A stretch of 57,925 nucleotides of DNA from NCBI GenBank assembly GCA_903873255.1, contig CAIQNR010000039.1:1-57925 (forward strand). Direction: 5' to 3'. Source of the stretch: an uncultured bacterium (GTDB lineage: Bacteria; Babelota; Babeliae; Babelales; CAIQNR01). Both the position numbers and the translations under genes were made by a program. Shown here piece after piece: positions 56,124-57,925 of this stretch. Under the pieces are notes generated by a model. It made no database searches and was not told the DNA's origin. It worked only from the letters and a program-made list of their open reading frames with translations. Each line of letters opens with the position of its first letter. Positions within the stretch are counted from its first letter, which is position 1.

Positions 56124-57527
56124 ATGAATGGTAAGAATAAAAAAATAGCATGCATTTTTTTTATGATGCAGATCGTTTTTTTGAGTAGTGCTAGAAATAG
56201 GGATAAAACAGTAATCAGTAATCAAGGTTTTTCTTCATTAAACAGCATACAGATTAAAGATCGAGTATTTCCAAGATCAGTAGAAGAATTACAATTACTT
56301 ATGCAAAAAATTGAAGGGCCAATAGCTATTGCAGGAATGCAATGCAGTATGGGTGGTCAATCTATGGTTAAAAATGGAATTATTATTGATACGAAAAATC
56401 TTGCACACATTGTTAATTTTGATGCGGTAGGAAAGACAATCACTGTCCAGACAGGCATATCGTGGAGATCTATCCAAGAATATATTGATCCTTACAATTT
56501 ATCTCTTAAAGTAATGCAATCATATTGTGATTTTTCTGTTGGAGGGTCTTTGAGTGTTAATGTTCATGGTCGTTATGTAGGGTATGGGCCATTAATTGAA
56601 ACGGTACAATCAATAAAAATTATTGTAGCAGATGGTCAACTTTTAACAGCAAGCCGTACACAAAATAGTGATCTGTTTAAAGCAGCACTGGGTGGTTATG
56701 GGCTTCTTGGAATTATTGTAGAAGTGACGCTTTCATTGACTGAAAACTGTAAAATTGAAAATAAAAAAATATATATGAATGTTGATAGCTATTTTGAATA
56801 TCTTTCAAAGATCATTTTACAAGATACATCCGTTGTTTTTCATAATGGTGATTTGTATCCACCTTATTACAATACTGTTATGAGTTCTACATGGTATAAA
56901 ACTGATAAGAAATTGACTATTACAGACAGGCTCCAAAATTTAAATGGAAGTATCAGGCAAAAAATAGGTATTAGCCTAGCAAGAAGAGCTGCATGGTTTA
57001 AAAAAATGCGCATTAATTATGAAGCTTCTAATTCTTCAGAACCAATAGTTTGTTGGAGGAATTACGAAGCTGGTTATCGTATTAGTCAATTAAAACTTCC
57101 TGAATCTTTTTCTACAACATTACTCCAAGAGTATTTTATCCCTCTAGAAAATTGCATTGAGTTTGTTAAAGCAATGCGTGTTATTTTACAAGCGCATAAT
57201 CCTAATATTCTTAATATTTCTATACGGCATGTTAAAGCTAATAATGAGACATTATTATCATGGTCATCAAAAGAATGCTGTGCATTTGTTATTTATTATG
57301 AACAATTTAAAAAACAAAATTCATTAAAAAATACTATTGGATGGACTCAAAAATTAATAGATGCGGTATTAATACTTAATGGAACTTACTATTTACCTTA
57401 TCAATTAAATGCACGTAAAGATCAATTCAGGGCGGCATATCCAACATATAAGAAGTTTGAAGAAATTAAGTTTTTATATGATCCAAAAGTTCGCTTTCAG
57501 AACTATTTATGGCAAGCATATTTTTAA
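56124..57527 (+). CDS. FAD-binding (PCMH/FAD_binding_4-type) oxidoreductase with N-terminal anchor
   Basis: 467 aa with IAIAGMQCSMGGQS and GGYGLLGIIVEVTLSL, typical of the vanillyl-alcohol-oxidase/DprE1-like fold, plus a hydrophobic N-terminus. Confidence 0.75.
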   Translation: MNGKNKKIACIFFMMQIVFLSSARNRDKTVISNQGFSSLNSIQIKDRVFPRSVEELQLLMQKIEGPIAIAGMQCSMGGQSMVKNGIIIDTKNLAHIVNFDAVGKTITVQTGISWRSIQEYIDPYNLSLKVMQSYCDFSVGGSLSVNVHGRYVGYGPLIETVQSIKIIVADGQLLTASRTQNSDLFKAALGGYGLLGIIVEVTLSLTENCKIENKKIYMNVDSYFEYLSKIILQDTSVVFHNGDLYPPYYNTVMSSTWYKTDKKLTITDRLQNLNGSIRQKIGISLARRAAWFKKMRINYEASNSSEPIVCWRNYEAGYRISQLKLPESFSTTLLQEYFIPLENCIEFVKAMRVILQAHNPNILNISIRHVKANNETLLSWSSKECCAFVIYYEQFKKQNSLKNTIGWTQKLIDAVLILNGTYYLPYQLNARKDQFRAAYPTYKKFEEIKFLYDPKVRFQNYLWQAYF

Positions 57528-57604
57528 TAAAACCTTGTCGAATTCTATTCCTTAGATAGTCTTTATATATCTTAAATTTAGGCTACGAGTTGACTTGGGT
57601 TGCT

Positions 57605-57925
57605 ATGCAAAATAATAAAAAAATAATTTTGTACATTCGTACTGATCTTTGTAATGAAGAACTTACTGCAGGTGGATCTGTAGCTCATACATTTGGGGTT
57701 ATTACTGGTTTTATGCAGCTTGGGTATGGGGTAGCGTGTGCATCATCATGTATGCATCAACTACTCAAAAAACTTCCATTTAAAAAAATAATAAAACTTA
57801 ATAATCCGAAATTATTAGCCCCATTACGTTGGAAGATCAACTGTTTTTTGTCGTCGTATATATTTTTTTTGAAAGTTGTTTTTAAGCTCAAAAAAAAAGA
57901 TATTGAGTTTATTTACCAACAGATC
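57605..57925 (+). CDS. glycosyltransferase-like protein, N-terminal fragment (runs off the window)
   Basis: The frame is open from the ATG at 57605 to the window end (107 codons). LYIRTDLCNEELTAGGSVAHTFGVITGF resembles a GT4-type N-terminus. It is not in the supplied track because no stop is reached. Confidence 0.45.
   Translation, partial: MQNNKKIILYIRTDLCNEELTAGGSVAHTFGVITGFMQLGYGVACASSCMHQLLKKLPFKKIIKLNNPKLLAPLRWKINCFLSSYIFFLKVVFKLKKKDIEFIYQQI

Overview
This is an AT-rich, densely coded bacterial chromosomal window of about 60 genes with short or overlapping junctions. Most of it is housekeeping. I recognise gatB, an RNase E/G-family gene, mnmE, a jag-like gene, tRNA-Gly(GCC), ruvA, an alanine/cation symporter, a tandem-fused ddl-ddl next to alr, orn, priA, polA, thyX, rpmA, secF, rho, tsaD, smpB plus tmRNA (ssrA), a P-type ATPase, pth, a NUDIX gene, alaS and a HIT gene. 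The 3' end (48.2 kb onward) is a co-directional sugar-nucleotide/glycan operon: wecB, wecC, a fused ADH-GFO oxidoreductase, a sugar-1-P nucleotidyltransferase, an AsnB-like amidotransferase, an FAD oxidase and a partial glycosyltransferase. About a third of the ORFs are lineage-specific and start with a signal-peptide-like MKK...hydrophobic N-terminus. Several of these look like degenerate or eukaryote-facing domains: a J-domain, a PP2C-like fold without metal ligands, a HIT with the nucleophile His replaced, an M48-like HExxH protein, and NLS-like KRKR patches. That pattern, with thyX, suggests a host-associated reduced-genome lineage, possibly Dependentiae/TM6-like, but this is inference and I cannot verify it here. 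I found no CRISPR array, integrase, transposase or rRNA. The accessory or unusual items are an MNT/HEPN toxin-antitoxin pair, a decayed PD-(D/E)XK (DUF1703-like) pseudogene broken by a 41-nt duplication, a Q-rich repeat extension on Rho, a Jag_N protein whose KH/R3H part is replaced by ERTERP repeats, tandem PYPEPFS-motif paralogues beside the tmRNA, and a tmRNA tag ending in ...MIFA. I do not see one clear-cut novel multi-gene system. The best candidates for follow-up are the Ddl-Ddl fusion, the secreted pseudo-enzyme and effector-like set, and the glycan operon.
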